A stretch of DNA of 14,630 nt, taken from UHGV virus genome UHGV-0081264. One strand, 5' to 3'. This document shows, piece by piece, positions 1 to 8,848 of this stretch (position 1 is the stretch's first letter; each line of letters starts with the position of its first letter). The DNA is from a virus. The position numbers and the translations under genes are program-made. Under the pieces are notes generated by a model. The model had not been told where the DNA came from. It made no database searches and saw only the letters and a list, made by a program, of their open reading frames with translations.

Positions 1-1025
1 TCCTTCCTTTTCAGCCACTCGTCACGTTTCTGTCGGCACTCGTCCAACGTGGGCTTTACGCAGGAGAAAAGTTCTCCGTCCGTGTGTCGGTAGTCATATT
101 GGAAAAGGGTTGTTTTTTTGCGTCTGTCGAGTGCTTCGCGCATCACGCCGAGCGCATCGGTATTGTTAACAAGTTCATCCGCCAGTCCGTTATCCAAAGA
201 CTCCTGGCCGGAGAATACTGCCGCTTCGGTGTCCAGCACGTCCTGAACAGACATGCCGGTATAAGCGGAAACCTTTTCGGCAAACATCTGACGAGTGGCA
301 TCGATACGCGTCTGGAAATCAGCACGCACATCTTTCGGAAGCTTTTCGTAAGGGTTGCCGTCGACCTTGCGATCGCCGCTGTAAATCAGCGTGACCTCAA
401 CGCCGTTAGTTTTGAGCGCAGCGCCATAGTTGCTGTGCGCCATCATGACCCCAATGGAGCCGGTTCTGGCCGTTTGTGTGACCAGCCGTCGCGATGCCGA
501 ACTGGCTATAAGCTGCCCTGCACTGCAGTTCATGTCATTGGCCAGCGCCCAGATGGGTTTGATATCGCGCATACGGGCTATAATGTCGGCGCAGTCAAAC
601 GCCCCGGACACCATTCCACCCGGCGTATCCATATCCAGAAGAATGCCGTCAACGCCGGGGTCACTGATTGCCTGCTGCAGGCGAGCAATGATCCCGTTGT
701 AACCCGTCATGCCGGAATAAGGCTGAAGCGCACGGGTTTTACTGACCAGCGTGCCGGAAACCGGCAAGACCGCGATACCATTTGCCACCTGATAGCTGCG
801 TGATGGACGGGGATCCATGTCATCATCCTCACCAAACAGCGCCAGCGGTTCGGCTATTTGTCCGGCATCAAGCGTGATGCCAGAGACGGTATCTGTCAGC
901 CGGGTGATGCCCAACTGGCCAGCCAGCGCGCAAAAGAAAACCCGCGCATAGGCGGGTTCAAGCATCAGCGGCTCATTAAAGGCCATACTGGCAATATGCG
1001 GAAGATTACGCAGCTCGTGCGCCAT
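1..1025 (-). CDS. C: Head maturation protease / scaffold, lambda gpC-like (S49/ClpP fold); 3' end runs off the window
   Basis: Minus-strand ATG at 1025..1023 (hand translation) gives [39 protein letters not shown]..., matching the lambda gpC N-terminus as I recall it. The frame stays open to the window edge, which is why the ORF track does not list it. Start overlaps the portal stop by about 20 nt, as in lambda B/C. Confidence 0.85.
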   Translation of the reverse strand, partial: MAHELRNLPHIASMAFNEPLMLEPAYARVFFCALAGQLGITRLTDTVSGITLDAGQIAEPLALFGEDDDMDPRPSRSYQVANGIAVLPVSGTLVSKTRALQPYSGMTGYNGIIARLQQAISDPGVDGILLDMDTPGGMVSGAFDCADIIARMRDIKPIWALANDMNCSAGQLIASSASRRLVTQTARTGSIGVMMAHSNYGAALKTNGVEVTLIYSGDRKVDGNPYEKLPKDVRADFQTRIDATRQMFAEKVSAYTGMSVQDVLDTEAAVFSGQESLDNGLADELVNNTDALGVMREALDRRKKTTLFQYDYRHTDGELFSCVKPTLDECRQKRDEWLKRK

Positions 1026-2598
1026 CTTGCTCCTCCTCGTTTGATTTTTTCACTCCGGCCTCAAAAGCTGCAGCGGCCCATGCCGGTGGTTTCAGACCCG
1101 CAGCACGACGCTCCATGGTTTCCCGGACCTGCTGGGCAAAAATCTCCTGATAATCATCACCGCGTTTGGCGCACTCTTTTTCATACGTGCTGAGACCTGC
1201 CTCAATGAGCATGACGGCCTCCTGTACCTCTTTCAGCCCGTCAATTGCCATTCGACCAGAGCCAATCCAGTTGGCATTCCCCCAGGCTGTTCTCGCCTCC
1301 TGGAAACTGAACCGGGCTTTCGAAGGAAGCGTGACCACGCGGCGGACAATCGCCTCTTCAAGCCAGCAAAGAAACATCTGACAGGCCTGTCGGGATGCCA
1401 CAAACTTGCGACGCCCCATAAAGTACGCCCAGGACTCGTTAGCACTTGCGCGTGCGGTCGAGTAGCTCATCTGCGAATAGTTTCGCGAAAGCTGCTCATA
1501 CGACACACCAAGCCCAGCGGCAATATAACGCAGCAGGGACTGTTCAAAAGTCGAGTAGCCGTTATCGGTATCCTGCGCCGACTGAAGGTTGAGAGAATCA
1601 CCCGGCAACAGGTGTGGAACCCTTGCCCCACCCAGGCGAACAGGCGCAGCTGAGTAATAGGACGCCATTTCACCGAGCCAGCCCGTAAGTTTGCTCTGCT
1701 GCTCTTTATTATCCGCGCCGAGAATAAAGTCCATCGCCGATTGGGTATCCAGTTCACTCTCGATGGTAGCGGCATACATAGCCTTCACTATCGCGCTCTG
1801 GAGCTGGGTATTTTGCAGGGTATCGAGCATTTTCATCTGCTCCATCACGCTGTAAAACGCATTGGCCCCACGGGTCTGTCCATCCTCCATCGGTTCGAAT
1901 ACATGGATAAATGAAGGTCGACCGCCGGGTAGTTCGCGAGGAATGTAGGTCCAGTTCTGCGCCATCCAGCCGGGATAACCATCGTCGCTGACGTAATATC
2001 CCAGCGCAGCACCGCTATCATTTATTTTCACACCGGCGCGACAGTTCCGGGTATCACCGATATTATTCGGATTGCTGACGCGCTTCGGACTGACCATTTT
2101 GAACTGAGTACGGAAAAGACGCGTTGAATCGCTGTCCCAGGTCGCCTGCGTGCATAATTCACCGTTAAACGCGTGCATGGCCACACCTTCTCGGATCATC
2201 ATCGTAAACGTTCGCTTACGCTCGGCATCAATCCCGCAAAAGTCGTCCTCGGCATACTCATTCCATGCAGCTTCCACATCCCGCGAGAATGCCCGTGAAT
2301 CCTCCTCATTTATTCCCAGATAACGCCAGCTTGGTCGATAACTGAGTCTGAAAAATGACCCGACGATGTGGTCCTGGTGGAGCTGCACGGCGTTTGCCGC
2401 GTAGCCATTATTTCGCACCAGATCGTCAGCGCGGGCATTTCCGCGAGAATAGTTGGGTAGGAGTGCGGCATCTGCACTTTCACTCGGCGGATTCCAGCCT
2501 CGCAGCTGCCCACCAAACCCGCCTCCACCGCCATGATATCCTGCGTATTCCCGAAGGGATGTTTTCCCGTCAGGTCCCACCAAAGATGGTATTTTCAT
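1006..2598 (-). CDS. B: Portal protein, lambda gpB-like
   Basis: 530-aa ORF with ATG start. [41 protein letters not shown]... and the C-terminus ...[14 protein letters not shown] are near-identical to lambda gpB from memory. Sits between W and C in lambda order. Confidence 0.95.
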   Translation of the reverse strand: MKIPSLVGPDGKTSLREYAGYHGGGGGFGGQLRGWNPPSESADAALLPNYSRGNARADDLVRNNGYAANAVQLHQDHIVGSFFRLSYRPSWRYLGINEEDSRAFSRDVEAAWNEYAEDDFCGIDAERKRTFTMMIREGVAMHAFNGELCTQATWDSDSTRLFRTQFKMVSPKRVSNPNNIGDTRNCRAGVKINDSGAALGYYVSDDGYPGWMAQNWTYIPRELPGGRPSFIHVFEPMEDGQTRGANAFYSVMEQMKMLDTLQNTQLQSAIVKAMYAATIESELDTQSAMDFILGADNKEQQSKLTGWLGEMASYYSAAPVRLGGARVPHLLPGDSLNLQSAQDTDNGYSTFEQSLLRYIAAGLGVSYEQLSRNYSQMSYSTARASANESWAYFMGRRKFVASRQACQMFLCWLEEAIVRRVVTLPSKARFSFQEARTAWGNANWIGSGRMAIDGLKEVQEAVMLIEAGLSTYEKECAKRGDDYQEIFAQQVRETMERRAAGLKPPAWAAAAFEAGVKKSNEEEQDGARAA

Positions 2599-2801
2599 AC
2601 GTAAAACCCTGCTGGCCCCCGGCGTCGTGATGTGGTGCCAACCTGAGATTCAAGGTCAGCAATATATTTTTTGAGATCGCTGACTGAAGTGGCTGTAAAT
2701 TCCACTCTTCGACCGTCTTTCTGTACCGTCGCCACGCGCTTTCCCATCATCAGGTCATGTAACGCAGCGCGCGCGGCATCCAGTTCAGTCTGTGTTGCCA
2801 T
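2595..2801 (-). CDS. W: Head-tail joining / head completion protein, lambda gpW-like
   Basis: 68-aa ORF, ...[43 protein letters not shown]...[10 protein letters not shown], same length and sequence pattern as lambda gpW. Start overlaps the A stop (TAATG); the 3' end overlaps B by 4 nt. Confidence 0.9.
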   Translation of the reverse strand: MATQTELDAARAALHDLMMGKRVATVQKDGRRVEFTATSVSDLKKYIADLESQVGTTSRRRGPAGFYV

Positions 2802-4723
2802 TATTCATCTCCAGATAATGCCCGCGCGTAATCCGCCAGGGTCTTGTTATTGTTACGGCTGCCTTCTTCCTCCAGCAGGCTGGCCAGAAGTGAATCAAGA
2901 TTTAGCTGCCAGCGGGATATGCTTATACGCAGCGCCGCCAGTGCATAAACAAAGCAATCGAGCGCCTCATTTCGTCGTTTTTTGCTGTCCCAGACGATCT
3001 TTTTCTTTCCGCCTACCCATTTTTCCACCTGCTCTTCAGCTGTTAGTTGTTGGGCCTCTGTTAGATCGTAGATTTCTGGGTTATTCGGGAAATGAACCGC
3101 TCCCGCCAGCGGCTCGTCTCTTTGCGCCACCAGCGTGAAACGGTTATAAATCTGCTCTTTTGCGGTGTCTGTTCCTACCTCTGTGAGGTAAACACCATTC
3201 TTGTTACGCTTGCGTGGCATGTTCGCCACTGGCTTTCCATAAACCGACGCCCCCTTTATAGGGATCACACGAAACAGACCGTGTTTTTTTGAGCGGTTGT
3301 AGACGATGGTGGGATCAATGCCGCCAATATCCCAGCAAGTGCGGGATATAACCATTTCGAGACCGTTCTGGCGCTTATACGTCCTGTTGATCGCTTCATC
3401 AACTCGAGCGAGAGTCGACTCATCATCATGACGACCCATAATGATAATTTTGTCGATAAGCCAGCTTTCCTCTCCCGGCCCCCATCCCCAAACACGCATT
3501 TCGTAACGGTCAAGCTGGGAGTCAATACCCGCTGTCAGATATGCCACTCGCTCCGGCACAGACGCTTCAAAGTGCTCTTTTCGTTCCGCTAAAACTTCAG
3601 CATCGGGTCGTTCACCTATTTTCGGTTCCCACGTTTCGCCCAGGGTCGTGTTAACGAAAGTTTTTCGCTTACCCGTATCACCTTTTGTTTTTATCCAGTC
3701 CTTGACGATCTGCACCCAGGTTGTGAACGGGCTATATGCGGTCCAGATGTGGAATGTAACGCTGTCAGGAGGTTCAATTTCGGTACCGGATGAAGAAAAC
3801 CAGTTAAGGCCGTCTCGTGTCCAGATACCTGTTTCATCACAAATATACCTGGCCTCCAGAAATTCCAGCTCCTGTTGTTTAATCACACAGGCATTGTGTT
3901 CACAGAGGTAGTAAACGCTGGCAGGTTCTCCCGGAGACCATTTGAAGCCAAATGGTGTCTCTTTATCACCGAATTTCAGATACTGCTCTTCCCCACAGTG
4001 TGGGCATGGAACATGGAACCGAAGAAAATGTTCAGACTCCTTAGCAGCTCTTTCTATCTGGCACGTACCTTTGACTTTCGGTGTAGATCCGCGAATGGAT
4101 TTCGGCCATACAGAACCCTCAATACGCTTATCACCCAGAAAGGTGGGAGAACCTTCTTTCTCGATGTCATCATCGAAAGCGGCGAGCTCGTCGTAGCCAG
4201 CCACATCAACTGATTTTTCACGGTAGTTTTTTGCAGCCTTACCGCCCAGGCACCAGAAACCACGACCATTCGAGAAACGCTTCATGCTCAGCGTATTGTC
4301 CCGGTGTTTTTTACCGTACCAGGGAGCAAGCGCCAGCAACGTCGGAATATCACGAATGGTCGGTTCTACATGAGACTTCATGAAGTTTTCAGCATCACCG
4401 TCGGTTGGTAACCATATTAGGGAGTTACGCTGTTTATGTTGGATGAAATATGCGTAAACGCCGAGCAACATTTTTGAGTAGCCGACACGAGCCGATTTAA
4501 CGACATTCACCTCGCGAATATAGTCATTACCCATCGCATTCATAATTGCACGCTGAAATGGCAGTGTTTCCCAGCGCCCTTCCTGGTAGGCAGACTCTTT
4601 CGGGAGATAATAATTCTCATCTGCCCATTCAACTGCTGTTTGCGGTTGCGGCCGGTACAGCGAACGTAACCCCGCCCGCGCAGAGTGCTGCAGCCCCTTA
4701 ACCTGACTGTTCGATATATTCAC
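2801..4723 (-). CDS. A: Terminase large subunit, lambda gpA-like
   Basis: 640-aa ORF with GTG start (GTGAATATATCG..., as I recall for lambda A). MNISNSQV...[36 protein letters not shown]... is collinear with lambda gpA. 5' end overlaps the Nu1 3' end. Confidence 0.95.
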   Translation of the reverse strand: MNISNSQVKGLQHSARAGLRSLYRPQPQTAVEWADENYYLPKESAYQEGRWETLPFQRAIMNAMGNDYIREVNVVKSARVGYSKMLLGVYAYFIQHKQRNSLIWLPTDGDAENFMKSHVEPTIRDIPTLLALAPWYGKKHRDNTLSMKRFSNGRGFWCLGGKAAKNYREKSVDVAGYDELAAFDDDIEKEGSPTFLGDKRIEGSVWPKSIRGSTPKVKGTCQIERAAKESEHFLRFHVPCPHCGEEQYLKFGDKETPFGFKWSPGEPASVYYLCEHNACVIKQQELEFLEARYICDETGIWTRDGLNWFSSSGTEIEPPDSVTFHIWTAYSPFTTWVQIVKDWIKTKGDTGKRKTFVNTTLGETWEPKIGERPDAEVLAERKEHFEASVPERVAYLTAGIDSQLDRYEMRVWGWGPGEESWLIDKIIIMGRHDDESTLARVDEAINRTYKRQNGLEMVISRTCWDIGGIDPTIVYNRSKKHGLFRVIPIKGASVYGKPVANMPRKRNKNGVYLTEVGTDTAKEQIYNRFTLVAQRDEPLAGAVHFPNNPEIYDLTEAQQLTAEEQVEKWVGGKKKIVWDSKKRRNEALDCFVYALAALRISISRWQLNLDSLLASLLEEEGSRNNNKTLADYARALSGDE

Positions 4724-5243
4724 TCAGCAACCCCGGTATCATTTCATCCAGCGCAGCTGCCTTGTTCATGGCCTTAATGATGTCCTTCTTGAGGAAATCA
4801 ATATGTCGGTTCTCCAGCTCCGGGAAGCGCCGCTGAACCGACAGAGGTATTCCATCGAGAATGCTGGCGATTTCTCCGGCTACCCGCGACAGCACGAACG
4901 TGCAGAATGCGGTCTCCACCACTTCAGCGGACTCTTTTGCATTTTTTAATTCCTGAGCGTCAGCCTGAGCTCGCGTAAGTCGGTGTCGCTCATATTCAAT
5001 CGTGCCAGGTTGAAGATCGGACTCAGAAGCGATACGGAGATCTTCAACTTCCTTCCGCAACTTTTCATTTTCTATAGCTGCATCGCGCGCACTGTACCAT
5101 TCGATTGCAGCAGCAGATTCAAAGAGAACCTCATTACCTTTGCCACCACCGCGGACAACCGGCATACCTTGCTCCTGCCAGTTCTGAATCGTTCGGACGC
5201 TTACCCCGAAAATTTCGGATAAGCGTTTTTTGTTAACCTCCAT
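4698..5243 (-). CDS. Nu1: Terminase small subunit, lambda Nu1-like
   Basis: 181-aa ORF with ATG start. MEVNKKRLSEIFGVSVRTIQNWQEQGMPV... carries the Nu1 winged-HTH N-terminus. Lies immediately downstream of cos on the minus strand. Confidence 0.95.
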   Translation of the reverse strand: MEVNKKRLSEIFGVSVRTIQNWQEQGMPVVRGGGKGNEVLFESAAAIEWYSARDAAIENEKLRKEVEDLRIASESDLQPGTIEYERHRLTRAQADAQELKNAKESAEVVETAFCTFVLSRVAGEIASILDGIPLSVQRRFPELENRHIDFLKKDIIKAMNKAAALDEMIPGLLSEYIEQSG

Positions 5244-5254
5244 GGCTTACTCCT

Positions 5255-5432
5255 GGCAAAAAACAGAGAAAGGAAACAATCAACGGTAAACTTCCGTTTT
5301 CCTTGCTCAGCATTTCCTTTCTGGAGAGAGGACGTTTTTAACAAAAACAATGAGTAAACAAGAAGAAGAACGGAAATGGCATAAACCAGAAAATTTTCAT
5401 AAATAGCGAGAATCTGCGCGGACGCCGCCCCG
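5255..5432. other. cos: cos site: cosB-like GGAAA-containing repeats (about 5262–5380) plus cosN (reverse complement of 5419..5430 is GGGCGGCGTCCG)
   Basis: Read on the minus strand, the region upstream of Nu1 aligns with the lambda left end as I recall it (GGGCGGCGACCT cohesive end, then ...CGCTATTTATGAAAATTTTC..., then R-site repeats). The 12-nt cohesive-end equivalent differs from lambda at two positions. Confidence 0.75.
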
Positions 5433-5531
5433 TAACAAGGCGGATCGCCGGAAAGGACCCGCAAATGATAATGATTATCATTTGCTGGAATGCGACTTGA
5501 TTCGCACCCATTTGGACGTCTAAACGTCCAT

Positions 5532-5999
5532 TCATCGCGACAGCGCTGACCATATCGTGCCACCTGGCCGAAGACTCTTCTTCAGTTCCTCGGACACAAC
5601 ATCTGAGATCGCTTTTACCATTTCAGGGGATAGCTTCACGCCGGTCTTAATTTCGGGACAGATGCCAACATTGATGGCATAGCCTTTTCGTGGGTCGTTC
5701 TCTATCCGGCCAAACTGAATATTTACAGAGCCACCAATATAACCACCAGCAGGAACACCAAAGCGCGTATTCACCAGGTGCTTAATGGCGAACTCCTGCC
5801 CTTCAGCGGTCAGGAAGGTGTAATAATTTTCCTTTTGATACTCCGTCGCGGTATGGCGTGTTTCAGCGAATCCCAGCTCTAGAAGCTCAGCAGCACCAGA
5901 TTTGGCTGGCAGATCACCAGACTGAAGCGCGCCACGGAAAAACAGCGCATACAGAACATCCGTCGCCGCGCCGGACAACGTGATAATTTTATGACCCAT
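5532..5999 (-). CDS. Hypothetical protein, 155 aa, cos-proximal accessory gene
   Basis: ATG start with an AAGGAA Shine-Dalgarno about 9 nt upstream. A 3' hairpin (5514..5529) follows 3 nt after the stop. I do not recognise the protein. Confidence 0.6.
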   Translation of the reverse strand: MGHKIITLSGAATDVLYALFFRGALQSGDLPAKSGAAELLELGFAETRHTATEYQKENYYTFLTAEGQEFAIKHLVNTRFGVPAGGYIGGSVNIQFGRIENDPRKGYAINVGICPEIKTGVKLSPEMVKAISDVVSEELKKSLRPGGTIWSALSR

Positions 6000-6018
6000 G
6001 ATTTATTTCCTTTTAGGC

Positions 6019-6072
6019 GTGAGCCTGTCGCACGGCAAAGCCGCCGAAAGTTAACGGTTTGCCCAGGCTCAC
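6019..6072 (-). promoter_or_regulatory. Nested inverted repeat in the leader of the 155-aa ORF (GTGAGCCTG ... CAGGCTCAC enclosing GGCAAA ... TTTGCC)
   Basis: Perfect 9-bp outer arms at 6019..6027 and 6064..6072, inner 6-bp arms at 6034..6039 and 6058..6063, about 20 nt upstream of the ORF's RBS. Either an RNA structure or a protein-binding palindrome. Confidence 0.35.
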
Positions 6073-6111
6073 AGCTGAAAGACTTTCTACGATGTGCGCG
6101 TGCGATGCGCA

Positions 6112-6134
6112 TAAAAAAGCCGCGTGATGGCGGC
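6112..6134 (-). terminator. Intrinsic terminator (minus strand)
   Basis: Minus-strand GCCGC-catcac-GCGGC hairpin followed by TTTTTTAT (plus-strand A6 at 6113..6118). Confidence 0.55.
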
Positions 6135-6264
6135 TACTGTTTGAATATCAGGGTGTTGTTTCGTCTTAACCCTGGTTAATGTAGGCATTCAGCCCGTCGG
6201 TGGTGGGACACTGGCGCACTTAATAAAGAGTAATGGCTGATTACCTCAGAATAAGGAATCAAAA

Positions 6265-6525
6265 ATGTCAGAAGGTTTTGGTTTAAAAGAAAAGGTTGAG
6301 CAGTTAGAAAAAGAATTAGCCGTACAAAAAATAGCAAATCAGCTTGCTTTTGGAGCACTAATTAAAGCAGTTAATGAGCTGTACCCGAACAAAGATTTAT
6401 ATGATGGGTTGACAAAATTTGTCCAGGAAAAACTTGATCCTGAACGTGTTAAAAACATCCCTAATCTTCACGAGGCCTTTCTAGAAGCTGCGAAAATACT
6501 GAGGACTGACGCATCTCCTGAATAA
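6265..6525 (+). CDS. Hypothetical small protein, 86 aa, plus strand
   Basis: ATG start with an AAGGAA Shine-Dalgarno 7 nt upstream, AT-rich, opposite orientation to the phage late operon. Its 3' end overlaps a minus-strand small ORF. Confidence 0.45.
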   Translation: MSEGFGLKEKVEQLEKELAVQKIANQLAFGALIKAVNELYPNKDLYDGLTKFVQEKLDPERVKNIPNLHEAFLEAAKILRTDASPE

Positions 6526-6619
6526 TTTTATCAACAAAGGCAGTTGTGTCCTCTTGCTTTTCATTCACAATGCATGTGACTGCCTTTTCTAAAGCTGTAA
6601 TTCGTTCTTCAAGTGTCAT
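6461..6619 (-). CDS. Hypothetical small protein, about 52 aa (MTLEERITALEKAV...)
   Basis: ATG at 6619 preceded by AGGAGT about 5 nt upstream. The track's longer version starts at 6643. An operator-like repeat array lies immediately upstream. Convergent overlap with the 6265..6525 ORF, so one of the two may be spurious. Confidence 0.3.
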   Translation of the reverse strand: MTLEERITALEKAVTCIVNEKQEDTTAFVDKIIQEMRQSSVFSQLLERPRED

Positions 6620-6649
6620 ACCCACTCCTGTCATTGGCTTCAAAATGAT

Positions 6650-6730
6650 AAACCCCGCATTTGCAAGTCCTATTTATACCCCGCAGGGGATAAAAACCAT
6701 ATTATCCGCTTGCGGGGATAACCATTATCA
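6650..6730. promoter_or_regulatory. Array of three CCCCGCA-core palindromic or half-palindromic sites
   Basis: Plus strand reads ATAAACCCCGCA (site 1), TTTATACCCCGCAGGGGATAAA (site 2, near-palindrome) and, in reverse, TTATCCCCGCAAGCGGATAA (site 3, palindromic TTATCC/GGATAA ends). Lies between the stop at 6760 and the start at 6619. Confidence 0.4.
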
Positions 6731-6759
6731 AGCCCACCAGTAGATGGGCTTTGTAATGG

Positions 6760-7017
6760 CTACTTCGCTTTTGCTTCCGCTCGCTTACGCCGGCGCTCTT
6801 CTTTCCTCTCGGCTTTTGCCATGTCCATGAATGCCTGCATGATCGAGTTCCGCATCATGTAGCTAACAAAGTGATGATTGACACAGCCGTTGAGGCGCAG
6901 CTGCTCGCCAAACTCATCCACCGAGGCCAATGCTTCCATCATGCCCTTCTCGCCTTTCATGAACTCTGAGAAGTCGCGCCCCGCTCTGGAGGCGCATTCT
7001 ATTATTCGGGTGCTCAT
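6760..7017 (-). CDS. Hypothetical small protein, about 85 aa, translationally coupled to the KilA-N gene
   Basis: ATG at 7017..7015 sits immediately after the upstream TGA (TGATCATG). Lys/Arg/Glu-rich C-terminus. The track's longer version (start 7077) overlaps the upstream gene in another frame. Confidence 0.45.
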   Translation of the reverse strand: MSTRIIECASRAGRDFSEFMKGEKGMMEALASVDEFGEQLRLNGCVNHHFVSYMMRNSIMQAFMDMAKAERKEERRRKRAEAKAK

Positions 7018-7019
7018 GA

Positions 7020-7748
7020 TCAGGCCGCCGCATAGAGCAATTTCATCTGCCCTTTCACCGGGAATGCCGACATGCAACGCGCTTCGAAATCACGATAATC
7101 AGAGCACCCATTGGCAATGCTGGTAACGGCAATGATCTGTCGCTCAACCAATGTCAGCGCGTCAGGTTTAAGGTGCTGATGGATTTTGTCTCCCGCAGCC
7201 AGCCGTCTTTTAACCTCTGCATATACTTCTGGTGGTAATACCTGGCCATATACCCACTTGGCACTGATCATCCCAAATAGTGCGGGGCGACGACCTGGTC
7301 GATGACGGGGCAGCCCTGACATTTTGAACATCGCAGAATAAAACGGATCGCTAAACCTCTTTTCCCATGGCTGAGATTTATCCAGAAGGAAAATAGCCTT
7401 TATTCTTTCATCGTCGATATGATGAACGGAACCCTGAATGATTGCGTCAATTTGCTCATCACACCAGATCTCAAAATCTACAGAAAGCCATCGAGCAAAT
7501 CTGACCGCCAGCTTTGGGTGAAGCCATGTTCCGCCGCCACGGTCTTTGCGAGCGCGGCTGGTTTTTACATATGTGATATTCCCATATCTACTCTTTAACG
7601 CCTCGATGTAACGGACAGTCTCAGGAAGCCTAAGCCACTGAGCCGGCTCCTTGTTGAACTTGTCAGCTGCCGCAGTCGCGTCAAACCAGCCATCGTCAGA
7701 AAAACGCATGGGATGGCCTTCGAAATCAATCGGGATGATATTGGACAT
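7020..7748 (-). CDS. KilA-N domain protein
   Basis: Likely start ATG at 7748 (MSNIIPIDFEGHPMRF...) with AAGGT about 7 nt upstream; the track extends to a GTG at 7823. The GGTWLHPKLAVRFARWLSVDFEIWCDEQI segment fits the KilA-N/APSES-type motif as I recall it. Confidence 0.7.
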   Translation of the reverse strand: MSNIIPIDFEGHPMRFSDDGWFDATAAADKFNKEPAQWLRLPETVRYIEALKSRYGNITYVKTSRARKDRGGGTWLHPKLAVRFARWLSVDFEIWCDEQIDAIIQGSVHHIDDERIKAIFLLDKSQPWEKRFSDPFYSAMFKMSGLPRHRPGRRPALFGMISAKWVYGQVLPPEVYAEVKRRLAAGDKIHQHLKPDALTLVERQIIAVTSIANGCSDYRDFEARCMSAFPVKGQMKLLYAAA

Positions 7749-7897
7749 CGTATTTACCTTTTTGGTGATATGAGCCAGTTCTCGCAGACATGGACAGCCC
7801 AAGAGCGGCACGATGTAAGCCACCGTCCTGTCTCTGTCTCATATCCCGAAAAGCTCTTGGTTGATATGCGCACGAGAATGCGCGGTTTACTGCGGAC

Positions 7898-7924
7898 ATA
7901 AAAAAGCCCCGCATAGGCGAGGCT
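7898..7924 (-). terminator. Intrinsic terminator (minus strand) just after the peptidase stop
   Basis: Minus-strand AGCCUCGCC-uaug-GCGGGGCU stem (one U·G wobble) followed by UUUUUUAUG. Confidence 0.6.
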
Positions 7925-7942
7925 GGAATCAGACAGGGGGGA

Positions 7943-8845
7943 TTAAGACTGGATATTCCAAATCATTGCGTTACCGTTATGATTTTCAATGATTTTTGCC
8001 AGTGGTGCTCCACCAAAAGAATGCATGTAGCTGTGATGTATAGTCAAAACCAAATCTTGAAGTACTTGATCACTTTCAAGTTCGGTAACATTCAACCCAA
8101 TTTTCTGCGCCTTATCAAAATGAATATGACGCGAGTGGGTATAGGTTGTGTGATGGTTGTTTAACTCTGAACAAACATGTGTTGCTTTTGATTCTGCCTC
8201 AGGATCATTATCAAACATGCCTGTCATAAGCCAATGCTTAACAATCTCATTTGCCCATTTGATTGCTTTCTCACACTCGCCGATGATCGTCGGGTTTAGC
8301 TTTTGAAGAATGAACTGCCACATCTGAACAGCTGCGGGATTTTGAAAAATTTCCGTCTGCGCACGATTCCATTCTTCAATGATGGCATGGGTGGAGAAAC
8401 CGTTGAACTGAGGATCAATTGGGCCAATGTTGGACTGTTTACCCATGATGATTTCATTGGCACAACATGCAAGCATAGTTCCGCAGGACATTGAAATCAT
8501 AGGAACAATTGCTCTGATGTTAGTTCCAAACTTCGACCTTAAGTAATGCCCGATTGATTCCAAAGCGGCAATATCACCACCTGGAGTATGAAGTATCAAA
8601 TCCAACCCTTTTGATACATCTAAACCATTGATGGCTGTCATCAACCCGTTCTTATCATCATCAGTCATCTGAGTAAGATGGCGTACTTCTGCACCACCAT
8701 GCTGTAACCACCCTGAGTAATATGTGATTACATTTCTTCCAGTATGATTCGAAAGTTGAGATAAGTATTTACGGCGAACCTCATCCATAGGACTTTTATG
8801 GGCGAGAGCCGTTATCTCGCCCAGTACGTCGCTCCAATTAGGCAT
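7943..8845 (-). CDS. ClpP/S49-fold serine peptidase, SDH-family-like, 300 aa
   Basis: ATG start 3 nt after the upstream ORF's stop (coupled). LILHTPGGDIAALESIG resembles the ClpP/SppA oxyanion-loop motif, and PMISMSCGTMLA resembles the nucleophile region. AT-rich relative to the head genes. Confidence 0.7.
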   Translation of the reverse strand: MPNWSDVLGEITALAHKSPMDEVRRKYLSQLSNHTGRNVITYYSGWLQHGGAEVRHLTQMTDDDKNGLMTAINGLDVSKGLDLILHTPGGDIAALESIGHYLRSKFGTNIRAIVPMISMSCGTMLACCANEIIMGKQSNIGPIDPQFNGFSTHAIIEEWNRAQTEIFQNPAAVQMWQFILQKLNPTIIGECEKAIKWANEIVKHWLMTGMFDNDPEAESKATHVCSELNNHHTTYTHSRHIHFDKAQKIGLNVTELESDQVLQDLVLTIHHSYMHSFGGAPLAKIIENHNGNAMIWNIQS

Positions 8846-8848
8846 AAA

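Noticed and set aside
100-125. Homopolymer run (plus-strand T7, 112..118) inside gpC where the protein diverges from my recollection of lambda gpC
   Set aside because: The gpC frame stays open to the window edge, and lambda-like gpC C-terminal regions are variable. Only about 120 nt remain, and the comparison rests on memory, so the evidence is too weak to call a frameshift.
84-803. 239-aa plus-strand ORF
   Set aside because: It lies wholly antisense to the gpC coding region, whose minus-strand frame matches lambda gpC. Long antisense ORFs are expected in GC-rich coding DNA.
2671-3138. 155-aa plus-strand ORF, and other plus-strand ORFs across 3092–4269
   Set aside because: All are antisense to the terminase large subunit gene and have no independent support.
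5468-5485. Near-palindrome GATAATGATTATCATTTGC next to cosN as a novel operator
   Set aside because: The same sequence is present at the corresponding position of the lambda right end as I recall it, so it is part of the conserved cos region rather than a new element.
7020-7077. Possible frameshift or pseudogene joining the 267-aa and 105-aa minus-strand ORFs
   Set aside because: An ATG at 7017 directly after the upstream TGA gives a clean translationally coupled two-gene reading, so no frameshift is needed. An indel cannot be excluded without resequencing or homologues.
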